Shown: positions 28,510-42,418 of the stretch, in pieces
Layout of the letters: every line of letters starts with the position of its first letter
How positions within the stretch are numbered: the stretch's first letter is position 1
Assembly: GCA_028534125.1 (NCBI GenBank)
Contig: CM052817.1
Coordinates: forward strand, 36,458,001 to 36,522,000
Direction: 5' to 3'
Source: Lama glama
Lineage: Eukaryota
Length of the DNA: 64,000 nucleotides
Program-made: the position numbers and the translations under genes
The notes under the pieces: generated by a model
Seen by the model: only the letters and a program-made list of their open reading frames with translations
What the model was told of the DNA's origin: nothing
Databases searched by the model: none

Positions 28510-29430
28510 TTTTTAAGCAGCCTGATTGAGATATAATTCAATACCATATAATTCACTCTTTTAAAATGCACAATTCAGTGGTTTTTTAATATATTCACAG
28601 AGTTGTGCAACCATCACCGCCATCACTTTCAGAACACTTCTATCAGCATCCCCAAAGAAACCCTGTATCCATTAGCATTCATTCTCCAATGCTCCCCCAA
28701 ACTCTCAAACCGCTCAGTTTTCAGCAACCATGAAGCTATTTTCTGTCTATATAGATCTGCCTATTCCGGACATTTCTTATAAACAGAATCACACAACACA
28801 TGGTCTTTGGAGACTGGCCTCTTTTAGTTAGCATAATGTTTTTGAGGTTCATCCATGTCATAGCACGTATCAGTGCTCTATTTCTTTCTACTGATGAATA
28901 ACACCCCATTGTATGTCTGTTCCACATTTTCTTTATCTACTCATCAGTTGATGGACATTTGGGTTATTTCCACTTTTTGGCTATTATGAAGGATGCTGCT
29001 ACGTATATGCACATACATGTTCTGTGTGGATGTGTTTTAACTTCTTTTGTGTATGTATCTAGGAACTGCTGGGTCAAATGGTAACTCTATGTTTAATATT
29101 TTTAGCAATTGCCAAAAAATTCCATAGTGGCTGCACAATTTTATATTCTCACCAGCAATGCATGAAGGTTCAAATTTTTCCACATCCTTGTTTACACTTG
29201 TTATTGTCCATCTTTGTTATTATAGCCATCCTAGTGGGTGTGAAGTGGCATCTTATTGTGGTATTGATTAGCATTTCCCTAATGACTAATGGTGTTGGGC
29301 ATCTTTTCATGTGCTTGTAGATTATTAGTATATCTCCTCTGGAGAAATATCTATTTGGACCTTTTGCCCATGTTTAAATTGGGTTGTCTTTTATTACTGA
29401 GTTGTAAGAGTTCTTTATATATTCTGAATG
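28510..29430 (-). mobile_element. L1 (L1MB-like) ORF2 end and 3' UTR
   Basis: catcagttgatggacatttggg, ccatagtggctgcac, gggtgtgaagtggcatct motifs. Confidence 0.85.
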
Positions 29431-29461
29431 CAAATGATCCAGCAGCTCCAAGGTATACACT

Positions 29462-30347
29462 TGAGAGTTTTTTCTCACAACACTCCTAACACCAAATGTA
29501 AGGATTTTTTTTTCCCCACACCAACCAGTTCCCCAACTCTCTGAACACCGAATAGGTGTCCTACAATTCAATTCAATTTCTTTTCTTTTTTTTTTTAGGT
29601 TTATTTATTTATTTAACAGAAGTACTGGGAAGTGAACCCAGGACTTCGTGCATGCTACTCACACACTCCACCACTGAGCTATACCCTCCTCCTCTCAGTT
29701 CAATTCTGACACTAATTACCAGGAGTTAGCACAGTCCCATAAGCCTGTCCCCACCTCAGGTTGTCACCTGTACTTCTGATCAACCAGTTACAAATCGAGG
29801 TCCCTTTGACCTACCCTCCCAGGTTTGGTAATTTGCTAGAATGACTCATGGAACCCAGGAAAAATTTAGTTACTGCTATTGATTTATTATAAGGATACAA
29901 CTCAGGAACAGAGGAATGGTCAAACAGAAGAAAGAGATGCATAGAGTAGGGCAGTGGGGAAGGGGTGCAGAGCCTCCATGCGCCCTCTGGGATGTGCCAC
30001 CCTCCCAGCACCTCCATGTGTTCACCAACTCAGACACTCCCAGAACCTCGTCATTTAGGGGTGTTCATGGAGGTTTTGTTATGTAGGCGTTACCGATTAA
30101 ATCATGGTCATTGGTGATGAGCTCAATTCCTGGAGGTTGGAAATAGGACCGAAAGTTCTGAACCTATAATCAAATCTTGGTCTTTCTGACAACCAGCCCC
30201 TCTCCTGAAGCAATCTAGGGGCCCAGCAAGAGTCACCTCATTAGGATAGAAGATATTCCTATCGCTCAGGAAATTCCAAGGGATTTAGGAGCTCTGTGTC
30301 AGGAACTGGGGACAGAGACCAAATATGTATTTCTTATGGTATCACAG
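29462..30347. mobile_element. MER21-like LTR interrupted by a SINE
   Basis: caattcaattc...tgacactaattaccaggagttagcacag; ends accaaatatgtatttcttatggtatcaca; related fragment at ~25100-25290. Confidence 0.75.
29580..29694 (-). mobile_element. tRNA-derived SINE nested in the LTR
   Basis: ccactgagctataccctcc head; TSD tcaattcaatt/tcagttcaatt. Confidence 0.85.
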
Positions 30348-31294
30348 GTAGACGTAGAATGGATTAAAGAGGAGTAGAAGAAAGAAAACAGATTCTAGGT
30401 TGGTTATCAATTCCATTTAACTCATTTCCCACACTAATAAACATTACCTATCTGAACGCTATTCTAAGCCCATAGAGAAACTTCAAGAAGCTTACAACCC
30501 TAACACGAATGCGTGGGATGGAGACTGCTAAGACTGCAAAATACCAGAAGCAAGAAATGTTTGATACAACTTTGGTGTCTCTGAAGCCTAGCAAGTGTCT
30601 GGCACAGTAGCTATTCCACAAACATTTATTCAATATAACTAAACTGAGATAAGGAAGTAACTAAAAGACAGGGCAGAAAACATAAAGTGACACAAAAGTA
30701 CAGGCATCTCCTGCTCCAGCTGTCCACACCAGTCCTTGAGTTTAGATAGGGGCAGAAGATAGACAAAGGGGTGGGGGGGTGGCAAATGTGAAAGAAATGA
30801 AGAGAGATGAAGAAGGACTTTAAACCCAGATCAAGGACACCAGTGGTCAGATGAACACACATGGAGGGGAAAACCGGTAAGATATTTGCTCTCAGGGATT
30901 TAGAATTTTTAAAAGGACTCTTGCAGAGATAATCAGGCTGAGCTCTTGGCACCAACAATTAAGGCTTCAGTGGATCTGAGGGTTTTTATCAGCCTTACTG
31001 TTCTGCGCCACACAAAGTGTGAAGTAAAGAACAGCAAACACTGAAGGTTATAACTGGCCAAAATTGCTGAAGAGGAAAGGAACAGAAACCATGTCATGAA
31101 GTGAGAACTGAAGTATTCAATCAGGTTAATTTTAAGTTCTATTGTCTTTTCTGCTTCCCTGACTCAGAGAGGAACTCACTAATGTCCCTTAGAATTTTCT
31201 GATAGTGGCCAACTTCACGTGGTATTTGCTTGATGTAGGTTCCCACAGAGCAGTCCTCAATGCAACAGAGGCTTTACAAGGAAAGGAAGGATTT

Positions 31295-31640
31295 ATTCAT
31301 TCATTCATGCATTCACTTAACAAATATATTTGGAGTAACTGGCTCTGTTCTCAGTGCTAGGGATATTACAATTTAAACAAAAATCCACCTCACACAGAGC
31401 TAACAGTCTGGGGAATGACAGACAGAAACGAATGGATGAGTAAGTAAACATCTGAGGAGTTGATAAATGCTCTGAAGATGGGGCTGGGCAGGGTGACAGA
31501 TGGTGAGGGACAGCTATTTTAGGTGGGTGATCAGGGAAGGCCCCTCTAATACTCTGCTGAGTGATCAGAGAGCTGATGAAGGGAGAGAGTAGTCCCTCAG
31601 ACTGTCTCCTGTGGAGGCCAGGGTGGCAGACCACAGCCAC
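31295..31640 (-). mobile_element. L2 3' fragment
   Basis: attcattcattcatgcattcacttaacaaatatatttg; tcagggaaggcccctct. Confidence 0.7.
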
Positions 31641-32564
31641 CCTGGGGAGAGGGGAAGATGGGGTCAGACTGGGAGCCAGGAATACGTAGATGACATCATT
31701 TATATGAACACACACATTTTGTATTCCTGGCTTCCTGTTTTATTTCATGCTTCATATGACCAGCTTGAGCTTTCCAATCATGTTATACCCTGTTTGTAAT
31801 TCCTCCAACATGCTGTATTTTAAAGAGATGACTTGCATTTTCCAAAGGAAGTCTGGCCCTCTAAATTTAATGTCACAGATTGAGATATTTTTTATATGTA
31901 TTTTTCTAGAAAAAGATTCAAGGGTGTGTAGCAGCTACCATATGGCTTAGCAATTCCACTCATAGACATAAGCCAAAAATAATGTGTCTGCACAAAACTT
32001 GCACACAAAAACTTGCACATAAAAACTTGCACATGAATGTCCATAGCAGCATTACTCATAATTGTCCCAAAGTGGAAACAACCTAACTGTCTATCACCTG
32101 ACGAGGGAATAAACAAACTGGTATCTATCATCTTAAAAACTTGAAATTGTAAAATAGAACCTTACAAAATGTGTAAGTGATCATTTGTCTGCAACAAATG
32201 TCAAAAACTTGATTTCTCACAGCAGAGTTGTCTCAGTAGTTGTACTTCTTACAAGGTGGCAGGCGTCCAAGAGGCAGGACCTGGAAGCTGCCAGCCCTCT
32301 AAAAGGTTAGGAGTTGACACCATGGTTCTTCCCTGTATTTTATTGGTCAGAGCAGTCCTGGGCCAGCCCACATTCAAGGGTGTGCAGAAATAGATGCTAC
32401 TTCATGACAGAGCAATAGCAAGTGGGTCCAGGAGAGGAAGAATTGGAGATAAACTATCATAAAGACAGAATGGGTTGGGGAGCCAGAAAACAGATTTAAA
32501 ATGCCAGAAGCCACATAACAAGATCAATCTATATTACTTTAAATAATTAAAATTCAGATATTAT

Positions 32565-33450
32565 ACACTGTAGTGGATTGATTTGTTGGTCTCAGTTCTC
32601 CACATACTTATCTGATGCAGAGTATATTTCTCTGACCTTTGACTCTGGGCTTAGATTACATGTATTATTTATCTACTGTTGCATACTAAGCTACTTCCAA
32701 ACTTAGTGGCCTAAAATAGCTTTGTAACAACTCTGTGGGTTGGACAGGGGTTTCTTACGCTGCCCTAACCTAGCTTTACTCATGGACTTACATTCAGTTG
32801 GACAGACAGCCTGGGGGCTGAGCTAGGGCAGCTGGGACGGCAGGGTCTCTCCCCACATGGGCGTTCATGCACAACGAGGCTCAGCTGAGCTGGGCTTCCT
32901 TCTCCTGACGTGCTGGCCGCAGCCCTCCAAGAGGGTGAGCACCCTTTAGACCAAGGCTCACAAGTCATAGAACTTCACTTCTACCACATTTTCTCAGTCA
33001 AGCAAGTCACAAGCCCATCTTCAAGAGGTAAAGATTATGTGTGGGAAATAACTCTGCCTCCTGATGGGAGGAGGTAAAAATAATATATAGTTGGGTTGAA
33101 TCTACTATACCATATGACTTGTTTGGGCCAATGGCAGGGAACCCACAGTGACCATGTGCCAGTTCCAAGCCTTAGCCTGAAAAATCCTTGAGTGTTCATC
33201 TTCTTGTGCTTCTGCCATCATCAAGAAAAGAACAAGCCTTGGGTACCCTCTTGCCCAAGAATGAGAGACACTCAGACCAGAGCTGATCCAGCCAACCTGC
33301 CATCCTGCAGTGAGAGGCCAAGCTGCCCAGCTGAGCCAAACTTAGGTCAGCTGAACCCCAGCCACCCTGGAGAAGCAAGGACATAAGATGGCGGTTTTTA
33401 AGCCAATGAGTATTAGGGTGATTTGTCATGCAGCAATCACTGATATATTG
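32565..33450. mobile_element. Nested MLT1-type LTR fragments (inner one ~32660-33108, opposite orientation)
   Basis: tgtattttatctactgttgcata...aaacttagtggc inner start; ttttaagccaatgagtattagggtgatttgtcatgcagcaat outer end. Confidence 0.6.
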
Positions 33451-33794
33451 GGCAATTTTTAAGAGCAAATATTTGCAAATGTTTGTGAATAAAATCTATA
33501 TCATGTCTTATATTTGCTTCTAGCTGTATATACCTGTGTGTGTGTGTGTGTGTGTGACTTTGAGAGGCTCCTTTAGTTAAAGGCAGTAGAAAAAAAACAG
33601 GTTTATTTTGGGAAGTATCATTAGAGTTTCCACTAAAAGCAGCACTTTCAGAAACAAAACCATCATCAAAAATGAGGGTATTTATTCATCAAATATTTAC
33701 TGAGTGACTAATATGTGTAAAATACCATGCCAGTGAATATGGTATCTACAGTGATAAATACGTGTTATGTTATGATCAGATTTGGCAGCCCATC

Positions 33795-34425
33795 TAATTC
33801 GAAAAGATACACGCAATCCAATGTTCATAGCAGCATTATTTACAATAGCCAAGACATGGAAACAACCCAAATGTCCATCAACAGATGACAGATAAAGATG
33901 TTGTGGTATATATATAATGGAATACTACTCAGCCATAAAAAATAATAAAATAATGCCATTTGCAGCAACATGGATGGACCTAGAGATTGTCATTCTAAGT
34001 GAAGTAAGCCAGAAAGAGAAAGAAAAATACCATATCAATACGTGGAATCTAAAAAAATGACACAAATGAACTTATTTACAAAACAGAAACAAACTCACAG
34101 ACATAAAAACAAACTTATGGCTACCAGTGGAAAAAGGGGGTGGGAAGGGATAAATTGGGAGTTCAAAATCTGCAGATACAACTACTATAAATAAAATAGA
34201 TAAACAACAAGTTTCTACTGTATAGCTCATATTCAATATCTTACAGTAACCTATAATGAAAAGGAATATATGTATATACATGTATGACTGAAACATTATG
34301 CTGTACTCCAGAAACCGACACAACATTGTGAACTGACTACATTTCAATTCAAAATAAATTTTAAAAATCGAAATCAGACCAAACAGACCAAAGCAAAATA
34401 AAAATTACTTCCTAAAAAAAACAGA
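33795..34425 (+). mobile_element. Lineage-specific L1 3' end inserted into an MLT1 LTR
   Basis: aatgttcatagcagcattatttacaatagccaagacatgg ORF2 end; TSD atttggcagcccat / atttggcagctcat. Confidence 0.85.
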
Positions 34426-34439
34426 ATAAAATTTGGCAG

Positions 34440-34869
34440 CTCATAACAGAAAGACCCCAAGTTACAGCAACTGAAAGGCTATTAAGGTTTCTCTCTCATA
34501 TAAAAGAAGTCGAGAGGTGGGCATTCCAAGGCTGTTACGGTTGCTCCTTGTTCACCAAAGATCCAACCTCCTATCTTACTGCTCTGCCATCTGTACCATG
34601 TCATGTCACGATCCAAGATGATTCTTAAGTTCCAGCCATCATGTCCATAGTCCAGGAAAGGAGAACAATAGAAGGGCATGCCTCCCCACATGTTTCCAAT
34701 TACATCTTATGGCATGAATTTAGCAGCAAAATCACACTAATTATAAGGGAGGCTAGGAAATAATCTTTAACTTTCGCCATCAGTGTGCCCAAATAAAAAT
34801 CCATTGTCTATTACTAAGGAGGAAGGGTAGAATGGGTATTTAATTGGGCATCTAGCTGTCTCCCCCACA
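34440..34869. mobile_element. MLT1-type LTR (remainder after the L1 insertion)
   Basis: tccagccatcatgtcca, taagggaggctaggaaat, ctattactaaggaggaagg motifs. Confidence 0.65.
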
Positions 34870-35559
34870 ATACATAATGGATCTTACCTCCTGGGAGCAA
34901 CTGTATTTAGTTTCTCAGTAATGACTATACTAGTAAATGTACTTTTCTATCTAACAGGACTTTTCAATCCTAATCTATCCATTCCTATTGTCAGCACTTT
35001 TGTTAACGTTTTTGGTATTTCTTATTTTACTTATATATATCTATATATCTATATCTATAGATATCAATATCATAATTTTTCATGTTCATTCATGTTCACT
35101 GCCTATACAGTTAGGATTCATAAATTCCTTGAAGACAGAGAACATTTCTATATATATTCTTAATACCTATCTATATCTATCCACAGAACTCACTGGGGCT
35201 GCTAAATGGTGACTGAAGTCAATTTTTAAGACAGTCCACCTTGCCTCACGATCCTTCTGGAAAATACATTAATAAAGAAATTCCTAATATAAATTCCAGT
35301 CCTGTATTATTTATGGAACATGTCTTGATCTTTCAAGGTCAAGTGGATATCCACTTCATCTTGTTAGATGAATAACTCTCTTCTGGTACCAAGAAAGCAG
35401 TGGGTCACCATGTATTCTGAACCCCATGAAGCACTGTCAGCCTTACATGTAAGTCAAGTGGAAAAGTCCTTAAGTAGTATTATTGAGGCTCTTTGGTCAA
35501 TATTCCCCCATTACTCTGTCAAAGACCTCTGGAATTCTCCCAATAGAAATTCTCCCATT

Positions 35560-37445
35560 AGAATTCTCCAACTTATTTGTGTTAAGCAGCAGCTATCTTC
35601 TCATTAAATGCACGGAGGGTTACCTTTATATGCTGTTCATCAGTCATTCACATTTTAGAGTGTTTTGGGAAAGAAGACACTGTCTTGGATTTCGTACAAT
35701 GGCCAGTATCCCCAATCCATTGACCCTGACAGCTTTTTAATTTCCATGGCACCACTCAGGCTGTCTCTTCTCTGTTTATCGCATTTGGATTCCAGGGTCC
35801 ATTGCTATAGTTTCTTACCTCTCTTGCCCCTCTCCTGCTTTATTGTGACCCTTGTAATGAAATCTTAACCTGGTCAAGTCTAACTCTTCACGTGATCTGT
35901 ATCCGCACCCCAGGAGCTGACTATGGCTGGAGAAAGACAATGCAGGCTAACTGGTCTCACACCAAGTTCATAAACCTAAGCTCCAGTGCGTCCTCAGAGC
36001 TGTCCAACCATCCTGCTGTCTCACCTGAGTCCTCCAATTCCTCCCCCATACTACATACTGATTTGGTCCTTTTCTTCTTCCCTTTTTTTGCAAGTCAGTT
36101 TTTCATTCCCTACATAAATTATCCTCATCAGCATGCATACATTCTATAGTATTTCCCATTAAAAAAAGATGCTCCTTTATTACTGCCTCATTCCTATGTC
36201 CCACCTTAAAACAAAACCCCTCAAGTGCTTTCAGATTGTTTACTTCCTTACTCCTCAGTCTCTCTTGAACTCATGCCAGTCAGGTTATGTGCCCCCATTC
36301 GCATTGACACTGCTCTTGTCTGGGTCTTCAATGACCTCTATGTGGCCAAGTCTAATCATCAATTCTTAGGCCTCATCTTACTTAATCTCTAACTACTACT
36401 TATACTCTCCTTCTAGAAATTTTTTTATTGCCTTTCTCTCCCTTTTTATTTTAGGTTTTCCTCCTACCTCATTGCTAATCCTTCTTAGTCTCCTTTGCCT
36501 GAAACTCTTCTTTTTTCCAACTTCTAAATTCTGCAAAATATGAGGGCTCTGACCTCTAGCCTCCTCTCTTCTCCACCCATCTCACTCCCTAGATGATCTC
36601 AACCTTATGGCTTTAAATTCTATCCACACACTAATGACTCCTGAATCTGTGCCTCTCACCTTGACTCCTCCCTGGAACAACAGATAAATATATCTAAGTG
36701 CCTATGCAAAAGCTTCATGACACATTTACTAGGCATCACCAACTTAACATCCCCAAGATGAAACTCTTGATCCTCCTCCAACTCCACCTGGAGGATTTTA
36801 ACAACTTTCCACCTAGTGTCCAAGTTGCTTCTCTTGCCTCCCTAGGGTTCATTCTCTGCACAGCAACATGAGTGATCCTTTTTGATCACAAATCAGTCCA
36901 CCACCCTCACTCACTCTCTCTACCCCAGTCTAAAAGTCCGAATTCCTTTTCTTATCTGTCCTTTCCTTTTCTCTTATCTTGGTCTATAATGTCTTACAGA
37001 CTCTGGCTTCTCTTTGACCTCATTTCTGCTTCATTTCACCCAAATTATGTTCCAGTCCTGCTGCCTTCCTTGTCAGTCCGCTGCAGGGCCTTTGTGCCTG
37101 CCCTGTCCTCTGCCTGGAACATTTTCCCTCCAAATATATGCAGGTCTGTTCCCTCGCTTCATTATGGTTCCTGGCCCCAAGTGCCAGGCTTTCCCTGGCC
37201 ACCCCCCCTCTCAAATAGCACCTTCTCTCTATCCCATTATTCATCATTTTTCTACAGGCCATTCATTGTCCTAGATATCAAAGAGTATCTTTATCTGTTT
37301 TGACTTCTGTTCCTTTCTCTAGAGTGTATGTTCCACAAGGACAGAAATTCTGTCTGTTTAGTTCACCGTTGTATCCCCAGCTCCTAGAATAGTTTCTGGT
37401 ACCTCGAAAGATGCATGAAATAAATATGATTTGAATGAGTGAACA
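35560..37445 (+). mobile_element. Long decayed L2 element
   Basis: Pyrimidine-rich; cactgctcttgtc..tcaatgacctc, catcaccaacttaacat, gtatccccagctcctagaa, tgaatgagtgaa tail. Confidence 0.75.
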
Positions 37446-38424
37446 ATCATTTACTGAAAAAATAAGAGTTTTAATAGAGGAGAGGAGAAAGAAGAGAGAA
37501 ATTTTTGTGAGCAAGAGACAGTGTCAGAGACGAGCAAGCTCAGAACCAGGGAGGGTGTTCTAGGCAATGACAGGGAATCATAAAAATTCCTAACATTTAC
37601 TAGGTTGTCTAGAGTCACCTCTCAGAATCTGCATTTAATTTTCAGGAAAATGAAGAGGAGAGGAAGAGGAGGAAACGAGTTCAAAGATGCCTCCCAGCTC
37701 TAAAATTCTTTGATCATATTGACTTCTGGACAGGCCTCACCTCTCCCAAGCTGTAAATGCAGTCAGGGAATTAAGAAGACAAAGGTGAAAGGTCCCTGGT
37801 GGCAAACATGACTCCATTATGATCTTTATCGACAGTAAACAGGACGCTCTCCTTTCTCGTGGGGCCCCAGTGGAAATCTCCTTCTGGAATAACACTTTCT
37901 GTATCAGTCACTTAAAAACAGACTGAAAGTACATTCCCCTAATTCCAGTGTGGCGAGCCAACACAGCAAAATGGGCGATTTCTGTTGTATGTTTTTCTTT
38001 CAAATGCAGCTCTTGCAAGCAGACTAGTCTTAGGCAACTTCACCCTTCAGTTTCAATTTATATTCTACTCTATCTGCTCATTTTCTCAGGGCTTCAGCGT
38101 GATGTGTTCACCCTTTTCACTGTTTCTAAACTCAGCAGGTCCCCAGTAGATGATACTATCTACTCCCTACCTGGTAAAACAGGAAATGTTCTTTTTCCTT
38201 CTTTCCATTTACTTTAGCTACAATCTATGCTCTTTCCTGGTGCATGAAGTAGTCAGAAACTTACGCTCATATGTACAGTGTATTTCATTTGTGGAATACA
38301 TCAAAACAGAAAGCCAATTTTTCTTAAAGTAATTCGCAAAGCCAACTCCGGTTAAAGTCATTTAAAGTCTTCAAAATAGAGATGAGTAGGAATATCTTTC
38401 ACATTGATGAACTATGTACAGAGA

Positions 38425-38960
38425 GACAGTGTGGTAAGGGGATATGCTTTGGAGACTGAGGGTTCTGGGTTCAAATTCCTGCTATTCCACGCATTACTGT
38501 GTGGCTAGAGCAAATCATTAACCTCTCTGTGCCTCAAATTTTCCTCATCTGTAAAACAGGGATAACACTAGCTACATCAAAGGGCTACTGTGTGGACATG
38601 TGTAAGGTTCCTGTAAAAGGTGACTTCTAACAGATGTCAATGGCAGGCAAAGCTGTTTATGGGGGCAGGGGGAAGAACACATAAGGTATCAACGAGTTCA
38701 GTTTCACTTTCTTTTTCTTGAGAAGTAAATAGCATAGGAGTTCAGAACATAAATTCTGAAGCCAGGCTGCAAAGATTCAAGTCCCAGCAAGCCAGTATTT
38801 ACAAGCCGCACAACCTCAGACAAATCACTTAGTCTATCTGTGCCTCATCTTTAGAATCGGGAAGATAATAATAACCCTATCTGATAGGGTTGTTAAGATT
38901 AAATGAGCTGATACATGTAAAGAATTTAGTACCGTGCTTGGACAGAATAAGAATTTGTAT
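38425..38960 (+). mobile_element. Two MIR SINEs (~38425-38600 and ~38730-38960)
   Basis: ctgggttcaaattcctg, cctcatctgtaaaacaggg, gggttgttaagattaaatgag. Confidence 0.75.
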
Positions 38961-38967
38961 GGGTTAG

Positions 38968-39458
38968 TGTGATGGTTAATTTTATGTGTCAGTTTGACTA
39001 GGCCAAGGTACCCAGATGTTTGATCAAACATAAATCTAGATGTCTCTGTGAAGGTATTTTCAGATGGGATTAACATTTAAATCAGTAGGTTGAGTAAAGC
39101 AGATTACTCCCATAATGTGGGTGAGCCTCATCCAGGCAATAAAGGCCTTAAAGAAGAAGGGATTCTGCCTCCAGACTGCCTGGGGACTTGAGCTACAGCA
39201 TTATCTCTTTCCTGGTTCTCCAGTCTGCCACTCTGCTGCAGGGCCTTTGTGCCTGCCCTTTCCTTTGCCTGGAATACTTTTTCTCCAAATATATGCATGG
39301 TCTGTTCTCTACCTTCAGATTTGGACTTGGCAGCCACCACATCACATGAGCCAATTGCTTAACTCTCAGTTTCTTTTTCTCCCTCTGTCTCTCTCTTTCT
39401 CTCCACACAACATACATACACATACACTATTTGTATTTCTCTGGAGAATCCTAAAACA
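38968..39458 (+). mobile_element. MLT2 (ERVL) solo LTR
   Basis: TGTGATGGTTAATTTTATGTGTCA start, ...ctctggagaatcctaaaaCA end; perfect 5-bp TSD GTTAG/GTTAG. Confidence 0.9.
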
Positions 39459-42413
39459 GTTAGCAGTTACTACTTTTGTTTGCAGCACAAGGTGATACGC
39501 TATTCCAGTTCTTCTATAAGACCACAAGCAATCAATAATCACGTGGCAAACTTTCACTTAATCCTCGTGATTCTGAGGATTTAAGAAAACTGAGAGGAGA
39601 AAATTAAGGTTTGTCTTGAACAGAGCAAGGGGGCAAGGTGGCAAGAAGCCTGGCGACAGTCGTAGGAAATGAATTTGGGTGGAATGAATGTTTGTTTAGG
39701 GAAGCAGTGGGTCAGAAGGTCGGTGAAGGGCAGGAGAAACCCGTGAAAAAATGTGAATACCAGCCTGAGAAGCTTAGGATTTTTTTTTTTTACCCTATTG
39801 GAAATGGGGAGCTACTGAAGCTTGTGAAACAGTGCTGTAAGATGAAAAACAGTGGGTGTAGGAGGAGTTAGGAGGAGGGAGAAACCAGAGGATGTAGCAG
39901 ATATTATGTAACCTTGCATTATGCAGTTACATACAGTTCAAAGAATACTAAGCACCTGTTTCCATACTGTTTTCATTGGGTCATATTTCAGGCCATCTGA
40001 CTGACGTCCCTTGTGTAGGCAGGCTGATGTCCCTCTCTTTATCTCTTTCCCTTTTTTCCTTTGCTGTAACTCTTCCCTCTTCCCAGATCTCAGCTTCCTG
40101 TTCCTTCCTTATGGTCTAGGTTAAGGTAGGGTTGGGGGAGGGAACACCATTTCTGTTGGGAAACACCTTTTGACCTGGGGATATCTTCCCTGGTTTCAGT
40201 CTGGGAAGATGAACATGGATTCTTATTTTCTTATATTCTTACATGAAAGTATTTTCAAGGAAACCAATCTCTCTCTTGCTAATGTCTCATAGCATAATCA
40301 TTATGTGCTATTGGTTTATTTGAATTTTCAAAACTTTTTCTGGAGTATTTTTGTATATAAAATCTAGATCACCCAAAGCCAAACTAATTTATAAATGGTA
40401 AATGCTAACGCTGGTTTCCAAGTCTATATTTAACACTGCCAGAGAAAGAAACATACTTGGGTACTTTCCCAGAATATGCTAATTAGCTGGGGAAAAATAT
40501 ACTTCCTCTTCTGCCATTGGAAGGGAAACTGACCAATAGAAAAGCAGTTCAGCACCTACGCCCACTCTGTGTACAAAATAAGGTGCCTTGTACCATGCCA
40601 ATAACTGAGGCTTTGGGTTGCCTGACAAACATTGACAAAGGTGCCTTTCATCATTGCTTACAATGTTACCTTGAGATTCTGAACTCTAATCTAAATGAGA
40701 CTCAGAAAAGAGAAATGAGTTTAGAAAATTAGATATTTCCAAGAGGTTAGAAGTGTAAACACTTAGGAAATTACAGATTTCAAAGACAATGGCAGTTTTC
40801 CTAATGCTGCATGAATTTTTCTGTTGTTTATTTACTTGTATAAAACTAGTTATGTGTACATTCATTTCATTTTACTGACCAAGAAAGTATTAAATATTTC
40901 TTATGAAGATTACAAGGCAATTTTTGGCCTGTTTCAGCTATATCCTAATAGCAGTCCATTAGCAGATACTACTTGGCAATACACACTGAGTTTTAGATTC
41001 TTGAAGGTGTAATTTTCTCTGTATCATTCTGTATGGAAGGGTACAGCTGGAAAGGTACAATTTTAATTTTAATTTGTTTATATGTTGCTTTATAGGTGGA
41101 CCAAACTCTTTTTTTTTTTTAAACTGGCTATTTATAGGCTCCTCCAATGCACTTCAAGTAGAATCTTCAAAGAATAATGACACTGTTTATTTTTATGGGA
41201 CATTTTATTCTCTGCTTAATTTAATTCTTGCAGCAATAATGAGAATCAGCCAGGGCAGGTTATATTTAGTGCTATTTTACATATGATAAAACAAGGGCAC
41301 AGCAAAGCTAGCTACTTGTATGAGGCTGCACATTGGTCAAAAGCAATGTTGAAATTCAGGCTCCAGACTCAAGCAAGCTAGGTTTTCTATGATTCCAAGA
41401 AACTTCTCAAGAGTTAGAAACTTGTTTTTTCTTTCTCACTCTTTCTAGGTAGCCTTGTATAATATTCAGCAACTGAATAATTCTTAACTTAAAAGAGAGA
41501 CAGCCATAAAGGGGAAGATGAGCCACAAGACTCCTAGGATAATATAGAGAATGCCATACTTTTCCAATTATAGCATTCATCATACTTAGATACATGCCTA
41601 CTGTCTCCTTTACCCCCTCTCAATTTTCATGAGAACAGAGATGTTTATATTGGAAGTTCATTGCTATAAACCCAGTAGGAATCTCATGAAAAGTTATTAA
41701 AAAATGAATGAAAATTTATTTTTGACTAAAATTGCCCCAAGAAAAACTCAACCAAATGATCTTAAGTTTGAGCTACTACCTGTTTTGGTTGGAATAGGAA
41801 AGGTTAAGTTAGCTTAAGATGCAGTAACAAACAAACTCAGTGCTTTTTGTTTGTTTCTTTTGTTTTGTTTTCCCTTTTGCTATCTGGCCATGATGGGTTG
41901 GCAGTAGGATTCAGGAACTCAGACAGAAGGAGCAGCCATGATCTGGAACTTTGTTGGTTGCAATGGCAAAGGGAAATAAGCTTTGAAGGGTGTTGCAGAG
42001 GAACATTAAATGTTCCAACTTAGAAACGCTGTCACCTCCATTCACAGTTCATTGACCTAAATGAGTCACAGGCATTTGTCTTCCCACAGCATTATCCACA
42101 AGGAGGTCAGAAGCTGCCTTAGGAGTGGCGAGCAGGAAATATTTGGCAAAAGGTGCTAATGACTATCATATTTCATTTCCTTGATTTTGAGCTTCTGCAA
42201 TTTAAGTAACAAGATACAGTTTTGTTGATAACCTTTCCTGCAAATATACACTTATAAAGTACAGTTTTCCCTAGAACAGCTCAAATGAGAATGATGCATA
42301 ATGAAATTAAATATATGAATAAAGTCAAATAGGAAAGTCAGAGGTGGAAAAGGAAAAATAATTTAAACCTCTATAACAGTGGTACTGGATATTTGTGGGG
42401 GGAAAGTCATAAT

Positions 42414-42418
<5 letters not shown>

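Noticed and set aside
31989..32035. Three tandem copies of aaaacttgcaca
   Set aside because: Slippage duplication inside an L1 fragment; no spacers, so not CRISPR-like.
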